Below, piece by piece: positions 25,875 through 39,591 of a DNA stretch of 64,000 bases (positions are counted from its first letter, which is position 1; every line of letters starts with the position of its first letter). This DNA is from Octopus vulgaris (Eukaryota): the NCBI GenBank assembly GCA_951406725.2, contig OX597824.1, forward strand, positions 22,072,001-22,136,000, in the 5' to 3' direction. Made by a program: the position numbers and the translations under genes. The notes beneath the pieces are model-generated. The model made no database searches and was not told the origin of the DNA. It saw only the letters and a list, made by a program, of their open reading frames with translations.

Positions 25875-26870
25875 TCATTTTTACGTCCATTTTTGTAGGT
25901 TAGCATGGGTTTCATGGATCCTTTCTAACACACCTTCATGCTATTTGTTACATTGCTTTCTCATCTCTTTTCTGAGGTTCAACATCCTGAGATCAACTTT
26001 TACCATTTCTGCCCATGAGTTCCTTGGTTTTCATTTCCACTCTTCCTGCCACTGAAACCTCTTGGCATTTATTTACCCATCTGGCATCCTTCATACGCAT
26101 CACATGTCCAAACCAACGAAGCTTTTATTCTTGCACACTACAACTGGTTCCTTTTATACTTTGTTTATCTCTCAGCTCATCTCAGAAGCGATAAACCACA
26201 TTGGTCATTTTCACTAACATTATAGACACATCCAGTGGAGCATGCTTGCCTCCTTGCTTTCCAGCCTCCACACATTCTCTGCATTCACTGTCCGTATCTC
26301 ACCATCATGCAGCATTAAACTTCATACACAACCAACATACAGTCAACCCTTTTCCTCAAGGGAGAACCCCCTTCTTGCCAGCAAAAGTAACATCTACATA
26401 CATTTTTGCCATCTTTGTCCTTATTCTATAATGCTTTCAGAGCATCTAACTCTACTACCAATTAGGTTGCCCTGGTAACAGAAGCTATCAATTTCTTCTA
26501 GAAAGATTTCCAGACATTGAAAGGAATTTCTGTAATGACTGTTCTTAAATGAGTGTTCAGCTAAAAACTCTTGTACACCTACCACATACAGAGCCTTCAT
26601 TTACTGCTAGCTTCCCAAAGGAGCCAGTACCCTTCTTGTGTACATCATATAGAATTCCTACATACATTTTCTTCTGCATATTGAGCACCGCCGTTTCCCT
26701 TAGGGAAATGTCTAATACTAAAACTTTGGTCTTCACTAAGTTTACCCTGAAGCTCTCAATTCTAGGTTTTGCTTTTAAGCCAGGAATTTCTTTTATAAGT
26801 CCTTCACAGACTCCGTTATAAAGACCAAGAGACTAAATCATCAGCTTATGAAAGTTCCCACAACAGCTAT
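25875..26870 (-). mobile_element. Decayed RTE-clade LINE 3' portion
   Basis: Minus strand relics: xADDLV (about 26840), VNLVKTKVLV, LRWFGHVMRMK (about 26090-26120). Confidence 0.75.
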
Positions 26871-28167
26871 GGAGAACAATAATAAATCCATATCGTTTTA
26901 ATGTCTGCCTTTCCATATTTTCCTGGGTCAGATGGAGTTTACTGTGGTAAATTTTCTAAGGCCAGATGCCCTTCCTGTCACTAACACTGACCTATTTCTA
27001 AGCAAATTAATATTTCCCTATGGCCAGACATTTTTTATGCACAATATCGGAAATGAACAACACTGCTTGTATGATGGTGACACTCATTTACAGCTATCAC
27101 ACAATGTCAACACAAGGACAGACAGATAGACACACACACACACACACACTCACATACACACACACGCAATTATGGGCTTCTTTCAGTTTCCATGTCCCAA
27201 ATGCACCCACTGAGATGAAGTGCCTTGCTCAAGAACACAATGCACCACCCGGTCTAGGAATTGAAACCATGAGTTCATGATCATGAGTGTAACACCCTAA
27301 CCATGAGATCATGCATCCTCATATACATACATATATATATAAATCCAGGTGAGTGGACAAACAAAAGAAAGAGGCACTCAACATGTCCCAAATGCACCCA
27401 CAATGCTTTGGTTAACTTGGAGCTATAGAAGAGGACACTTGCCCAAGGTACCACACAGTGGGACTGAACTTGTAACCATGTGTTTGGGAAGCAGACTTCT
27501 TAATCAGCACCTGATATGTAAGCACTAAAGTGGAAAAATTGGCCCATTATACCAAAGTACTTTATGACAGATATCCTGTCCTTTTCGTTTATTTATTGTC
27601 TACTAAAAAATCTATTTTAGTACCCATGATCACTGACACAGTTATGTTACTAAATGTTTAAATAACAAACAACCCAACATGAGTTTAAATACAGAAAGAA
27701 GACCATTGTAACTTGAATTTCACAAATTTAGCCTGCAAGCAAAACAGTGAAATTATACAAGACAACAACGCTTCACTCTTCCTCGTAGAAAGATTTCCCA
27801 GACATAAGCAGACATACAAGCAGAGATACAGACAGACAGACAGAAATATGCACACACAGGCAGACTACAGCATGCACGGATATACATATATACACACAAA
27901 TTATGTAGGTCTTTTTGCTCTTCATATTACTAAAAGAGATAGGTCACGAGCAGCACTTCTTTGTACCCTAAGGTATAAAAATATACACAACAGTCAATTT
28001 ACAGTGATGTCCTATACTTTGCTTGTTGAAGGAAAACTGAAGTGGTCTTCAGAGGGATTTCAACTCAGAAACTGTAAAAACTGTAAATGTTCAAGCCCTA
28101 CTAATTCCATCATCCATTAAACTACACATATTAACACACACACACACACACGGAGTATATTTCTATT

Positions 28168-28557
28168 TCTATATATATAAAGCTGAAGTTGTCTGTGTAT
28201 GGCAGGTTTGGTAGCCTTCAACTAACACTATCTCCTCCGAGACCCTGCAGCGCAAGTTGACCAAAATTGAGAGTATGATAGAAGAAGGCTTGCTCTTTAT
28301 TCCGTAGAAGAAAAAATTCAAATCGGACCATGTTAACAGCAAAAATTATTTACATCAAAAAAGTGCTTTTTTTCTATGAAAATCCCTATTTTTTACGATA
28401 TTTTGACTGCTGTGTCACCATTTTTCGGTGTATTTCAACCAGTAAAATGTTCACTTAAAGAGAATAACAAGCTACATAATGCAAAATTTTTACTTTTCAA
28501 AAATTCCAATTCTAAAGGGTCGAAACAAACCCGAGCAATGCTGGGCGATACTGCTTG
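28168..28557 (+). mobile_element. Non-autonomous Helitron, family H2
   Basis: 5' TCTATATATATAAAG; 3' aaacccgagcaatgctgggcgatactgCTTG|T (mutated CTAG). Body homologous to 35748-36050. Confidence 0.75.
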
Positions 28558-28872
28558 TATTATTATATGTGCCTTTTATCTTTTAGTTGCTACATCCATA
28601 AGACATCAGCTATGTTGGGGCACTGTCTTGAAGAATTCTATCAGTACTTAGTCCATCAATCATCTTTGTCAAACCATTAAGATATGGAAATGTAAACACA
28701 CCAACACCAGTTGTCAGGCAATGGTAGGAGACCCACCCACACACACGAATATATGTACATAATATATATTTAATATATACAGGGTGCGGTGAATAAAGTG
28801 TCATCTAAATTACGCAAAAATGAAAATAACACTGACATCTCATTTTACATATATATATATATGTGTGTGTGT

Positions 28873-29170
28873 GGAGGAACATGGCCTAGTGGTTAGAGCA
28901 GCAGACTCGTGGTCAATGGATCGTGGGTTCGAATCTCAGACTGGGCGATGTGTGTGTTTATGAGCGAAACACCTAAGCTCCATGGCGCTCCGGCAGAAGG
29001 TAATGGCGAACTTCTGCCGACTCTTTTGCCACAACTTACTCTCACTCTTTCCTCCTTCATCTTGCAGCTCACCTGCGACGGACCGGCGTCCCGTCCAGGT
29101 AGGGAACCTATACACCAAGGAAACCGGGAAACCGGCCCTATGAGCCAGGCATGGCTTGAGAAGAAACAAA
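28873..29170 (+). mobile_element. SINE-C variant with tail X
   Basis: tRNA head TGGCCTAGTGG/GGTTCGAATCT; tail gcgacggaccggcgtcccgtccagg. Confidence 0.8.
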
Positions 29171-29812
29171 CACATATATATATATATATATGTTTGTTTC
29201 TTCTTGAGCCATACTTGGCTCATATAGCTGGTTATACACACACACAAACACACAATGGGCTTCTTTTAGTTTCTTGTCAACCAAATTTACTTGGTCTGAA
29301 GCTATAGCAGAAGACACTTGCCCATGGTTCCACGTGGTGGGACTGAACCTGGAACCATCTGGCTTAGGGGAAGCAAACTTCTTATCACAGGAACCATGCC
29401 TGTACCATGTGTATATTACGTTATATTTATTTCATGAAATGTGTCAGACTAATTAGTTACTTTATAGCTTATTTTCAAGAGCTGTTATATGTGAAATGAT
29501 TAGCATTGGCTCTCTGCCTGAAATATTTTCACTCAAAAGCTAAAAAAAAAAAAAGAAAGAAAGAAAGAAAGAAAGTAAGCCCTCCTGCCAGTTGCATATG
29601 AGGTATATCTGGGAAAGGTGATGGTGGTGAAGGTGGTGTTTTATCACTTGACTGTGATAAACACTTGTCTCAAGACTGTCTTTCGCTCTTTAATCAACTG
29701 ATCAAAAGAAGTCTCTCAGTTCAAAGAATGTCAACAATTACAAAAGCCACAGATTACCTTACCAACCAGGTATTTCAAACAACACTGTATTTGTTTATTT
29801 TCTTTCTTCGTT

Positions 29813-29844
<32 letters not shown>

Positions 29845-30156
29845 GGTCACTACTGACAACCGACTGAAATCTGATCACCAAAATTGTAAATTACTGAAGT
29901 ACAAATGAATGAATGGATGAACAGGGTTCAAAAGAGAAAATATTGAAGAAGTAAGCTCAAGTGAGCGACAGGAAATTATTTAAGAGATAACTGGTTAATT
30001 AATGATTTAGAAGCTGGTAGAAAAAAATATGGTTCTTTTATGAAAGATTTTATGTCATTAAAAGCTATCCACATAGAGGCAGGTATGGCTGAGTGATATC
30101 TTAACCACCTTGTTTCTGGTTCAATCCCACTGTGTGACACCTTGGGCCAAATATAT

Positions 30157-30345
30157 ATTCTTTTACTTGTTTCAGTCATTTGACTGCGGCCATGCTGGAG
30201 CACCGCCTTTAATCGAGCAACTCGACCCCGGCACTTATTCTCTGTAAGCCCAGTACTTATTCTATCAGTCTCTTTTGCCGAACCGCTAAGTGACGGGGGC
30301 ATAAACACACCAGCATCGGTTGTCAAGCAATGCTAGGGGGACACA

Positions 30346-30382
<37 letters not shown>

Positions 30383-30546
30383 CGACAGGCTTCTTTCAGT
30401 TTCCATCTACCAAATCCACTCACAAGGCTTTGGTCGGCCTGAGTCTATAGTAGAAGACACTTGCCCAAGATGTCACACTGTGGGACTGAATCCGGAACCA
30501 TGTGTTTGGTAAACAAGCTACTTACTACACAGCCACTCCTGCGCCT
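30157..30546 (-). mobile_element. SINE-A
   Basis: Reverse complement of family consensus. Confidence 0.9.
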
Positions 30547-31267
30547 ATGATACACTTTCCCATTAAACACAATGTATGTGTTCAGCTTTTACTGGATGAC
30601 CTGCACAAATGATATGTTTATAGAGATCAAATGTACATTAGCTCACTTCTGCCATCAAATCGACGTTGCACAGTGTACTTACACAACAGATGTTGAAATA
30701 ATTGCAGTGCAACACTGAGATGAAGTGTCTTGCTCAAGAACACAATGCACCACCCGGTCTAGTAATTGAAACCATGATTTCATGATTATGAGTGTAACAC
30801 CCTAACCATGAGATCATGCATCCTCATATACATACATATATATATATAAATCCAGGTGAGTGGACAAACAAAAGAAAGAGGCACTCAACACATTTAGCAG
30901 GAAATAGTTTCAGTTACTTTAGCCTGACACTCTAGCTTTCTGTAAGAAGCCTGCAAAAGTTTTATTGGATGGGGCTGAATTAAACAACAACAACAGCAGC
31001 AGCAACAACAATTTTTTCTACTAAAGGCACAAAGCCTGAAATTTTGTGGGAAGGGACTAGTTGATAACATTGACCCCAGTGTTTCACTGGTACTTAATTT
31101 CTCAATGCCAAAAGAATGAAAAGCAAAGTCAACCTCGGTGTAATTAGAACCCAGCACATAAAGAATGACAAAATGTTGCTAAGCATTTTGCCCAGCATGC
31201 TAACAATTCTGCCAGCTTGCCACTTAACAATAATAATATTGATGTGTGTACAAATGTGTTATGGGTA

Positions 31268-31515
31268 GGTGCATGGCTTAGTGGTTAGGGTGTCAGCATC
31301 ATGATCGTAAGATTGTGGTTTCGATTCCTGGACCAGGCGACGCATTGTGTCCTTGAGCAAAACACTTCATTTTACATTGTTCCAGTCCAATCAGCTGGCA
31401 AAAATGAATAACGCTGCGATGGACTGGCATCCCGTACAGCTGGGGAACACATACACCATTGAAACTGGGAAACCGGGCCTATGAGCCTAGCTAGGCTTTA
31501 AAAGGGTGCATTTAT
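31268..31515 (+). mobile_element. CORE-type SINE-E with tail X
   Basis: tRNA head, gtccttgagcaaaacacttcatt core, gcgatggactggcatcccgt tail. Confidence 0.8.
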
Positions 31516-31710
31516 CATTTTTTTTTACATATGTGTTACTGCCTCCTTGCTTTGACATCACATGATAGATGTTGTAAACGAGTGTCACTGTCATGCAGCC
31601 ACTGCCCTTCAATTCCAATCTTGCAAGAAAACATGTCTGGTTAGGTAGAAATATTATTTTGCTTGGAAACAGGTGAGGGCTGGTAACAAGGGTATCTAGA
31701 AAAATCCACC

Positions 31711-31938
31711 TTAACCCTTTCGTTACTGTATTTATATTGAGATGCTCCATGTTTCTTTCAATTACTTTAAATATAACAAAGAATTTAGTTAAATAACTTA
31801 GTTATCCTTAAGCTAGTGTTAGGAACATAAATTGTGACTAAGGTTTGGTGGAAGATTTCCATTCAAAACTTATGAAAACAAGACATTTGTACTCAGGGCC
31901 AGAGCCAGTTTCAGCTGGGTTGGTAACAAAAGGGATAA
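31711..31938 (+). mobile_element. piggyBac-type MITE, family P1
   Basis: TTAA-CCCTTTCGTTAC...GTAACAAAAGGG-ATAA. Confidence 0.8.
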
Positions 31939-32553
31939 TGAATTATTCTGTCCAACCCATGCTAGCAAGGAAAGGAGGACACTAAAATGATGACGATGAT
32001 GATGATGATTTGGTTTAGATATTAAGATTTTTAAAAAAATAGATGTAAATGAGTAGATTACAGCATTGATTAATTCTCTAAGTACAAACATCTTCCTGGG
32101 TATACAAAGCAGTCCTTTCATAACAAATATCCAGCCAAACGTTGCCGATATCACAACAAACCTATACAAGTAATGTTATTCTTGTTGACTAACCAGGAAA
32201 AAACTTCAGTTCTACTCGGATGGTATTAAGCCAGTAAAAACTGGCTGTATTTATTTTAGATATACTGTGCTTAATTTGAGATAAAAACAGGTAATCTCTA
32301 TTTTTCAAAACTGTAACATTGATTGAGAGGAAAAATCATTAAATTGTGGGATTATTTCAGACGCTCCTTTGTTAACTCAGACATTTCTGTCAGTGTATAC
32401 AAAGTAAGTTAACAATGTTATTCTATTGTATATGTTTAAAAAATTATTTAAGTAAACAGCATAAAAGCAAGTATAGGATGACCAGCTGAAACTAACTTGA
32501 CAAGTCACTGAGTTCAAATTCTACCAGGGTCACTCCTACCATCCAAGTCCTGA

Positions 32554-32787
32554 TTAACCCTTTCGATACCAACCTGGCTGAAACCAGTTCTGGCTCTGAC
32601 TACAAATGTCTTGCTTTTATAAGTTTTGAATTAAACTCTTCCACCAAACCTTAGTCACAATTTATGTTCCTATCACTAACTTAATTAATGCTAAATAAGT
32701 TATTTTACTATATTCTTTGTTATATTTAAAATAATTGAAAAAAAAAGACAGAGCATCTCAAAATAAATACGGTAACTAAAGGGTTAA
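32554..32787 (-). mobile_element. piggyBac-type MITE, family P1
   Basis: TTAA-CCCTTTCGATACC...GGTAACTAAAGGG-TTAA; reverse complement of the 31711 copy. Confidence 0.8.
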
Positions 32788-33379
32788 GGAAATCCCAGTA
32801 ATATAAGTGATACATGACCTAGTAGTTAGGGTGTTGTACTCACAGTCACACGATTGCAGTTTCAATTCCTGGATTGAGCAGTGTGTTGTGTTCTTAAACA
32901 AAGCACTTTATTTCATATTGCTCCAATCTACTTGGCTGTAAAAAAACTCATGTCCTGTTCAGGGGTTATGATGTAATCTTGGTCACTCATGGCTTAGTGG
33001 TTTAGGTGTTGCACTCATAATCACAAGGTCGTGGTTTCAATTCCTAAATTAGGTGGTGTGTTGTGTTCTTAAGTAAAACACTTCATTTCACATTATTTCC
33101 CCATCCACATCTATACCATATGGAGCCCTAACAAAATCCGATAACAGGTATAGATACAAAGCCATCCAATTACTTGTCTCCTAAAACCAGGCATAACTTG
33201 GCGATCGGTTGTCTCACAACACCGTTTTTCGTCTTGAGTTTACTTGGTAGAGTGTGTTTGTTAACTTGACGAGGTCAAGGTGAGCTCTGATTGGTTGTAT
33301 GCAAATGAGTTCATTGCTGGGGTCCAGAACTCTTGTGGGAAAACAAAATTTGTGTTCTGTGTTGGGAAGAAAAACTTAT

Positions 33380-33668
33380 TTAACCCTTTTTATATCAACC
33401 TGCCTGAGACTGCTCCTAGTTCAATGATTGAAACGTTCTGCTTCAAAGAGATCTAAATTAAAACCTTACTCTTTTACTTGTTTCAGCCATTTAACTACGA
33501 CCATGCTGGAGCACTGCCTTTAGTCGAACAAATCGACCCAAGGACTTATTCATTGTAAGCCTAGTACTTATTCTGTCGGTCTCTTTTGCCGAACTGCTAA
33601 GTTACGGGGACACAAACACACCAGCATCAGTTGTCAAGCGATGTTGGAGGGACAAACACAGACACACA

Positions 33669-33714
<46 letters not shown>

Positions 33715-34012
33715 AATACGACGGGCTTCTTTCAGTTTCCATCTACCAAATCCACTCACAAGGCTTTGGTTGGCTCAAGGCAATAGTAGAAAACACTTGC
33801 CCAAGGTACCACTCAGTGGGACTGAACCCGGAACCATGTGGTTGGTAAGCAAGCTATTTGCCACACAGCCACATAAAAATTTCACGTTAATTTATGTTCC
33901 AAATATCAATTTAATAATGGCTAAGTTATTTTACTAAATTCTTTGTTATTTTCAAAATTAATTGGAACAAAAGCAGGGAATTACAACAGAAATATGGTAA
34001 CGAATTAGCTAA
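33380..34012 (-). mobile_element. Older P1-related MITE split by a SINE-A insertion (33466-33871)
   Basis: TTAACCCTTTT start; the P1-like body resumes after the SINE. Confidence 0.6.
33466..33871 (-). mobile_element. SINE-A
   Basis: Reverse complement of family consensus. Confidence 0.9.
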
Positions 34013-34545
34013 TCCAGGCATGGAAAAACAAACACAAAAATTAATGATGAGAGAAAAGTGAGAGTAGGTATGTGTGTATGTGTGCATGTGTGTGTATGTG
34101 TGCATGTGTGTGTATGTGTGCATGTGTTCGTGTGTGTGTGTGTGCTATTTTTGTTATTGATGTCAATAATAATGAAGATTAAAAAATAAAATAAAAGATA
34201 AATAATTAAAACAAAGTGATTAAAAACAAGATCGTTTTGATTAATATTGGTTTCAAATTTTGGCACAGGCCCAGCAACTTTGAGAGAGGGGATAAGTCGA
34301 TTACATCAACCCCAGCGCTCAACTGGTACTTATTTTTAATGACCCCAAAAGAACGAAAAGCAAATCAACCCTAGTGAGATTTGAACTCAGAACGTATGGA
34401 AGGTCATAATGCCACTAAGCATTATGCTGTTTCAACAGCTTATCTAATATTAAAAATAAGTTAATGTCAGGGTGAGCCATGCTTCTACTACTACTACTAC
34501 TAAAATTATAATATATAGTAATGATACTTTATTTTATTTATTTAT

Positions 34546-34849
34546 GTGCCCTTTTCAAGCCTAGCTAGTCTCATGGGCCCGGTTTCCCAGTTTCTATGGT
34601 GTATGTGTTCCCCCCAGCTGGACAGGACACCAGTCCATTGCAGCGTTACTCAAGAAACAGGAAGAGAGAGTGAGAGAAAGTTGGGGGCAAAAGAGTACAA
34701 CAGGGGTGACCACCCCACCCCCTGCTGGAGCCTTGTGGAGCTGTAGGTGTTTACGCTCAATAAACACACACAATGCCCAGTCTGGGAATCGAAGCCGCGA
34801 TCCTCCGACCGCGAGTCCGCTGCCCTAACCACTGAGCCATTGCGCCTCC
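34546..34849 (-). mobile_element. SINE-C with tail X
   Basis: Same head as 48568-48956; tail gctgcaatggactggtgtcctgtccag; TSD agtaatgata. Confidence 0.85.
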
Positions 34850-35747
34850 TCAGTAATGATAATACTTGGAGGTATAATATATAATTAGAAAAAAAATGAA
34901 ATCAGTTTATCTGCAGCACTTTCAATAAGTTTTGACAGAGCTACTTGTAGTTGTATTATCATTGCAAAAACATGAATGACAGGTATAAGTATTGGACAAC
35001 ATGAGAACAAACATAATATTATTTTAATTATGTGTTGGCGTGTATATGCATGTGCATACATTTGCATATGTACATGCAGATGTATATGTGTGTGTGTGTG
35101 TAGGCGCAAGTGTGGCTGTGTGGTAAGAAGCTTGTTTTCCAGCCACATGGCTTCAGTCCCACTGTGTGGCACCTTGGGCAAATGTCTTCTGCAATGGCGT
35201 TGGGCTGACCAAAGTCTTGTGAATAAATTTAGTAGAATAGAAACTGAAAGCCCATTGTAAATACATACATGTATGTGTGCATGTGTGCACACGTATGTGT
35301 GTGTGTGTATTTGTGTCTGCGATTGTCCCCCACCACTGCTTGACCACCGGTGTTGGTTTATGTATGTTCCTGTAACTTAGCAGTAGTACCATGTGCAAGT
35401 GTCTTCTTCTATAGCTCTGGGCTAATCCAATGCCCTATAAGTGGATTTGGTAGACGGAAAATGTATGGAAGCCCATTATATATATATACATACATATGTA
35501 TGTGTGTGTTTTTGTGCTTGTTCCCCTACCATGGCTAGACAATTGGTATAGGTTTGTTTACACTTCAGCAAAAATGGCCGACAGAATAGACTTAAAACAT
35601 AAGTACTGGGGTTGACTTGTTTGACTAAACATTTCAAGGCAGTGCTCCAGCATGGCAGTAACCTAGCAACTGAAACCGGTAACAGATAAAAGATAAAATA
35701 TAATGAATTTATTACAACTGAAGAAATTTACTAAACATATTTTTATA

Positions 35748-36050
35748 CTAGCAGTATCGCCCGGCGTCGCTCGAGTTTGTTTCGACCCTTTAGAATTGGA
35801 AATTTTGAAAAGTAAAAATTTTGCATTATGTAGCTTGTTATTCTCTTTAAGTGAACATTTTCTGGTTGAAATACACCGAAAATTGGTGACACAGCAATCA
35901 AAAAATCATAAAAAAATAGGGATTTTCATAGAAAAAAAGCACCTTTTTGATGTAAATAATTTTTGGAGTTAACATGGTCCGATTTGAATTTTTTCTTCTA
36001 CGGAAGGAAGAGCAAGCCTTCTTCTATCATACTCTCAATTTTGGTCAACT
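35748..36050 (-). mobile_element. 5'-truncated Helitron, family H2
   Basis: Reverse complement of about 28255-28557 with an intact CTAG|T end. Confidence 0.75.
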
Positions 36051-36349
36051 GGTAAAAACAAACAAAATTATAACCAAGAAATTAAAACTGAAGAGAAAAT
36101 GAAATGACTATTAACAGTAGCTATTTAAACAATTTGAGTCTCATGGTGGAGCAATGAAAACTGTCCCGTTGTGTATATCATTGCAGAAATTATTCCATGG
36201 TGATGATTTACGATCCACAGACGTACTAGGATTACCAAAATCAAGAAAAGGAATCCTGGTCCCAAAAGCAAGAAATCATTATAAAATGTCTCTGAGTGAC
36301 AATTCTACGACTATCATCATCATCATTGTTGTTGTTCTTGTTGTTATAA

Positions 36350-36380
<31 letters not shown>

Positions 36381-37152
36381 GTTTTGAAATAAAATACAAA
36401 CAGTGAAGATGTGAATTTCAAAATATTTTACTGGGAAAATATTTCACCATTTAAAGGCACCAAGCAGAAATTGTAAACTGTTAGATTAAATGCTTCAAAG
36501 CATTTGTGGTGGTGGTGTTGGTGGTGGCAAAATGGGTACTTTTTTTTTTTGTAGTCTCTATTTTAAAAAAAAATTTTATTTACATGGCTGTGGTTAAGAA
36601 GCATGCCTTGCAACCACATGGTTTCAGGTTCAGCCCCACTGCATGGCACCTTGAGTACAATAGCCCTAGGACAACCGATACCTTGTGAGTGAATTTGGTA
36701 GAAACTAGATGGTGACCCACTGTGCATGTGTGTGTGTGTGTCTGTGTGTATTCCCTGGGTGTGACAAGTTCAAAAAGAAGCTATGTCTGGTCACCTAGAA
36801 TAAATGCTCAAAATCAGGTTTGAGAGTAAATGGATTAAATATTTATACATATAGAGACATTTACAAACACACACACACACACACACACATGCATGTTTTA
36901 TGGGTTTTTAATCTCCACCACCACAATTGCTTGACAACCAGTGTTGTACCTGTGACTTAGTGGTTCAGTAAAAGAGACTGATAAAATAAGTAACAGATTT
37001 AAAAAAAAAAAAAAAAGAAATAAATAATTTTGTACTCTTTCAGGAAGTGCCCCAGCATGGCCACAGTCAAAACACTATAACAAGTAAAAGACAAAAGACA
37101 TACAAAGAGACTGGTAGGGGGAGGGGGCTGGGAATATTCCAGCAGTGTGCCA

Positions 37153-37183
<31 letters not shown>

Positions 37184-37361
37184 AAAACAATAGGTGCAGA
37201 CATGGCTGTGTGGTAAGAAGCTTGCTTCCTAGCTACATGGTTTCAGGTTCAATCCCACACTGTGGCACTTTGGGGCAAGTCTCTTCTATCATAGCCTTGA
37301 GCCAACCAGAGCCTTGTGAGTGGATTTAGTAGACAGAAACTGAACAAAGCCCATCATATAA

Positions 37362-37399
<38 letters not shown>

Positions 37400-37512
37400 A
37401 TCCCTCCCCCCATCTCCACTTGACAACCAGTAGTGGTGTGTTTACATCCCCTGTAACCTTTGCAGTTCAGCAAAAGAGATCGATAGAATAAGAAATAGGC
37501 TTATTAGTACTT

Positions 37513-37920
37513 AAGGTGGCAAGTTGGCAGAAACATTAGCATGCCGGGCAAAATGCTTAGTGGTATTTCGTTCTGAGTTCAAATTCCGCCAAGGTCGACT
37601 TAGCCTTTCATCCTTTCAGGGTCGATTAAATAAGTACCAATTACACACTGGGGTCGATGCAATCGACTTAACCCCTTTGTCTGTCCTTGTTTGTCCTCTC
37701 TGTGTTTAGCCCCTTGTGGGTAGTAAAGAAATAGGTATTTCGTCTGCCGTTATGTTCTGAGTTCAAATTCCGCCGAGGTCGGCTTTGCCTTTCATCCTTT
37801 CGAGGTCGATAAATTAAGTACCAGTTACGCACTGGGGGTCGATGTAATCGACTTAATCCGTTTGTCTGTCCTTGTTTGTCCCCTCTATGTTTAGCCCCTT
37901 TGTGGGCAGTAAAGAAATAA
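37513..37920 (+). mobile_element. SINE-B dimer
   Basis: Head plus two units; similar dimers at 39720-40125, 49241-49655, 50190-50603; monomers at 42071-42280 and 54612-54840. Confidence 0.85.
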
Positions 37921-38790
37921 GAATAAGTACTAGGCTTGAAAAATATGACATGCGGTTGACTTCTTCAACTAAAATCCTTCAAGACAATGCTCCAGCATGG
38001 CCACAGTCAAATGACTGAAACAAATAAAAGATTAACATTGTCGTAAATAATTGTCACATCAATTCCCTTGCAAACAGCCATGAAATAGAGAGGCCAACTC
38101 ATCTGTTTGTTTCAACCGTTTTCCCTTTGATGGCTCTTATGAAAACCCAAGCATTGGTTTACTAGCAGCATCAGTTCTTTCGAAAGCATTTAGTTCAGTT
38201 CCTCCATCCACATTCCCAGGGTCAAATTTAACTAATCTCGACTGCTTTTCATCCCTTTGGGAGTCAACAGAAATAAGTACCAATAACATAATACATTAGA
38301 ATGCTGGCTTTAATTGACTATATCGGTCCCCTGCAAATAATTGGCTTTCTTCTTATCTTGCCTCTGCACTCCCCCCCCCTCTGCACCCCACCTCACCTTC
38401 TGACAACAAAATTACCCCCCACCACCACCCACCCTATTACATTTTAAGATTTAGCGCTGCAGGAATGTTGATGATAAATACTTCTTACAACATGGTGGGG
38501 GGGGGGGCATGGGATATAGTGACATCTGAACCCTTTTTCCAAGGACACGAAAGCAGTATAATCAGACCCTAAACATGATGATGATGATGATGATGATGAT
38601 GGATTCTCCTCTTGGTTTAGCATGATCCATATCATATGCAGTGTAGTGGTGTAACCAATTCCTAGCTGAGCGTCATTAATGTGACATTTTGCTGTATTCT
38701 AACAAGCTAAAGAGAAGCACCAATGCAGTCATTTTGATCTACTAGAAATAACAGCCAAATTCTCTCAAATCCACACCCTACAGTCTAGAC

Positions 38791-39591
38791 CAGGGATTCT
38801 CAACCATCTTTTTATCTATGGACCCCTTTACCCTTTACTCTTTTACTTGTTTCAGTCATTTGACTGCGGCCATGCAGGAGCACCGCCTTCAGTCGAGCAA
38901 ATCGACCCCAGGACTTATTCTTTGTAAGCCCAGTACTTATTCTATCGGTCTCCTTTGCCGAACCGCTAGGTGACGGGGACGTAAATATACCAGCCAGCAT
39001 CGGTTGTCAAGCAATGTTAGGGGGACAAACACAGACACACAAACACATACACACCCATACACATACATATATATGTATATAGATATATACGACAGGCTTC
39101 TTTCAGTTTCCGTCTACCAAATCCACTCACAAGGCATTGGTCGGCCCGGGGCTATAGCAGAAGACACTTGCCCAAGATGCCACGCAGTGGGACTGAACCC
39201 GGAACCATGTGGTTGGTAAGCAAGCTACTTACCACACAGCCACTCCTGCGCCTATATTTGATTACTATTTGATTACTTTGATTACTATCTTATTCTGGTG
39301 GACCCTCATAATCATTTGATGTTTAAAAACTGGTTTTATAAATACTTCTTTCAAAATTCCTGTTTTGTTTTTCACACATCAACCCGTGTAGGTTGAACTA
39401 TGTAAAAAATGTTGGAGAAAGAAACCTATTTCTAACAGTACATACCAATACATACATCTAAAATAAGAATGTTTTCAGGGGCCCCTTAAAATACTATTGT
39501 GGATCCTCAATTTAATATTTTGTTGTGTGGACCCTCAAAAATCTTATATGGGCCCTCAAGGGGCCATCTGGACCCCAGTTGAGAACCACTG
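38791..39591. mobile_element. hAT-type MITE interrupted by SINE-A (38835-39254)
   Basis: TIR CAGGGATTCTCAAC / GTTGAGAACCACTG; left flank GTCTAGAC (Charlie-like target); right TSD not preserved. Confidence 0.65.
38835..39254 (-). mobile_element. SINE-A
   Basis: Reverse complement of family consensus. Confidence 0.9.

Larger units (their letters stand above)
35101..38030 (+). mobile_element. Cluster of older SINE-A copies (35101-35700, 36580-37095, 37190-38030 split by SINE-B)
   Basis: Degenerate matches to SINE-A head and tail. Confidence 0.7.

Noticed and set aside
30900-30965. Acceptor-like ttttgcag on the minus strand
   Set aside because: The phase-1 frame hits a stop within about 10 codons.
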